Assembly: GCA_964252035.1 (NCBI GenBank)
Contig: OZ176204.1
Length of the DNA stretch: 64,000 nt
Source of the DNA: Podarcis erhardii
Lineage: Eukaryota
Strand: one strand, 5' to 3'
Shown here: piece after piece, positions 61,761 through 64,000 of the stretch
Numbering within the stretch: the first letter of the stretch is position 1
Layout of the letters: the number at the start of each line of letters is the position of its first letter
Notes under the pieces: model-generated
Database searches by the model: none
The model's input: the letters and a program-made list of their open reading frames with translations, nothing else
What the model was told of the DNA's origin: nothing
Program-made: the position numbers and the translations under genes

Positions 61761-64000
61761 GAAAAACACCCTGGGGAGGCTGGTCTTCAGCAGCCTGTTT
61801 GGTATAGAGGTTTAGCAATTTCAAGCCCTCATTTTAAGTGGTGTGTAGTCATACCCACTCCCTGATTTTCAACCTTCCTTCCTTTGTGTAACTAGGGCCC
61901 CTCAGCTTCTCTGCAGACTCCCTGGTGCAGTGTGGGGGGTCTTGCAGCTGGCACAGGAGCCATGAGTAGGAATTGGCACTCAGCCTGCAGGCTTTTCTCT
62001 GAGACTTTTCCCACAAAGCATCGCTAATTGCATTATGGCTATCTGGCAGCCAAACTGAGAAGACCACAGTCCTTACCTTGTAGAGGTGGCATTTGGATTA
62101 GCGAGTTTAACATTTTGCAAATGTTACCTAATGCCAAATGGAAGAGGCGTAACCGAGTCTGTTTATGGAAATATTTTTTTACATGTAGAAACAGCTAAAC
62201 CTTCCCTGACACAGGCATTATTTGTACAATCAAAATACCAACCTGGGTGCAGCTTAGTTTTTGTTGAGAACAAGTTGGTTTGATCTAAAATGCCTTGTTA
62301 TGGCAGAAATGTGTAGTTGCTGCTGCTGCTGCTGCTGCTGCTGTGTGATTCTGCTAGTTTATAAAGCTAGTTTGCTGGGATTGTATGCCCCATCATGCAT
62401 ATAGCTGTCTGAGACATCTTGATAACTTTAGTAGATTTCTGTCAACCTCTTCTCCCCTCCCTCCTCTTTAAGGTATTCTACCACTCGTGTATGGAGGGAG
62501 GGTTTAATATCAAATCCTTGCATATAGATCATACCATCTAAAGCATGGATGATTGACCTGTGGCCCTATAGGTTATGATGAATTCCTACTCCCATCAGCT
62601 CCAGTCAGCATGGCCATTGGTCACGGATAGTGAGAGCTGTAGTTCAGCAACATTTGGAAGGCCACAGATTCTCCACTCCAATCTAAAGACTGAGATCTTG
62701 CTGAGGTTTCCCCTGGTTAGAGAGTGTGCTTTTCTCTGCAACCATAAAAAGAAGGAGGTTCTCCTCTTCATTTCCCCCAGCTGAAGACTGTAGTTTTCAG
62801 TGTTCTAACATATTTTTATGGCCTGGACAACATTTTCAGTAAGCTAGCCTGATTAGGGTATTTGCATACGTTGCCAATTTGCATAAAGAGCTGGATTTTG
62901 TTACTTGCAGTGTCAAGAATAACTGATGAAGCATTAACACATCACTTTGGAGATTTGGCTTTGGTTCTTTGGTCTGCCACTCACTTCACTCTGTAAACTG
63001 CCTGCTCTGCCAGCTCTTTGCATTTCTTTTGACACAATTCTATGTACTGTACGTATATTCAGAAGCAGGTCTTCTGAGTGAGGCTTACTTTCAAGTAAGT
63101 GTGTGTAGGATTGCAGCTGATAATTCAGTATCTGCACATACGAGCTGAGGATTTTGGAAGTGTTCAACACCGAAAAATATGAATGCCTCATAGCTGAGCT
63201 TTAGAGAAGCAAAGAGTAGAGCTGTTCCTGAAATCAGCTCACTGCAGAACAAGTAATGAAGTTAGCCTTGGGGTTAGCATACTTTAGAAGTGGCATAAAT
63301 ATAATGGGGAAGAAGTGAACTGATGTAACATAATGGTGCCGTTTGTGTCTTTTTTTTACACCCGTGTTGACACGGGTGTATGAATTGATAATGCTATTTT
63401 ATTTTATTTTGAAGCCCTAAAAGACTCTGGACCAGTTAAGGACTGTCTTGCTCCTTATGTCCCTTCCTGAACACTCTGATCATTGGGAGATGTACTCTTG
63501 GTGGTGACTCTTACTCCTCCTGTCTGCTTCACAGTTGTTAGGAGCAGGGTGTATAGCACTGTAGCACCTGCTTGGTAGAACTTTCTCCTGATTAGTATCA
63601 GACAAGCATTTACTCCCTGCCCCCTGGCAAAAACTTATTTTATAAAGGCAAGCATTTACAATGCCAACTTTTAAACATGTGCTCAAAATATTTTTTGTTC
63701 ACTTGGACATTCCCTGAAGTGTGACAGATTACTGACCATGGCAAATACTATTGTTCAGTAGTTTGTTGTGTTTTTATATTGGATTGTATACCATTTTCTT
63801 ACTCCATGTTAGCTGATATTTACATCTGTTAACTAACTAACTAGTTTCTGATGGCCAGTCCAAAGAGAAAAGAGCCCTTTTCTAAAGGACTGACTTCTAA
63901 CAGGGGTGGACACTGCTATTGGTTAAATGTTTCATGTAGGGCCTTGCATTTGAATATTTGCATGTTTCAGGTTCAGTTTGATTTGTAAAAGTTTGGTGCA

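Noticed and set aside
56000-64000. Second SEMA4G coding exon (expected to resemble LSG..HF...NYSTLLL...VGARGA)
   Set aside because: No matching peptide seen; it probably lies beyond the window.
1-64000. CRISPR array, rRNA or prokaryotic systems
   Set aside because: The sequence is vertebrate; repeats are dispersed TEs and microsatellites, with no regular repeat-spacer array.

Overview
AT-rich squamate genomic DNA. The Sauria SINE and BovB subtypes point to a lacertid lizard (inference). The only host protein-coding exon I recognise is the first coding exon of SEMA4G (+ strand, CDS 55857-55977, signal peptide plus DLDATPRMTI). It is probably transcribed from a CpG-island promoter and first exon at about 11.0-11.2 kb, through about 44 kb of 5'-UTR introns with candidate non-coding cassette exons; this linkage is inferred, not shown. 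The next SEMA4G coding exon was not found in the window. The rest is transposon-derived: Sauria, CORE-type and tRNA SINEs; L2, CR1, RTE, BovB and Rex/Babar LINE fragments; two solo LTRs with TSDs; two Penelope-like inverted remnants carrying hammerhead-ribozyme cores; and many Tc1/mariner-type and hAT MITEs. The most notable observation is a hAT MITE present twice. One copy is 136 bp (11754-11889). The other is 438 bp (47260-47697) and carries about 280 bp of CpG-rich host DNA encoding MGLCYSLRPRLF, which matches from memory the N-terminus of the long GNAL (XL-Golf) isoform. This looks like gene-fragment capture by a DNA transposon (Pack-TIR-like). Most ORFs in the supplied track are chance or TE-derived.
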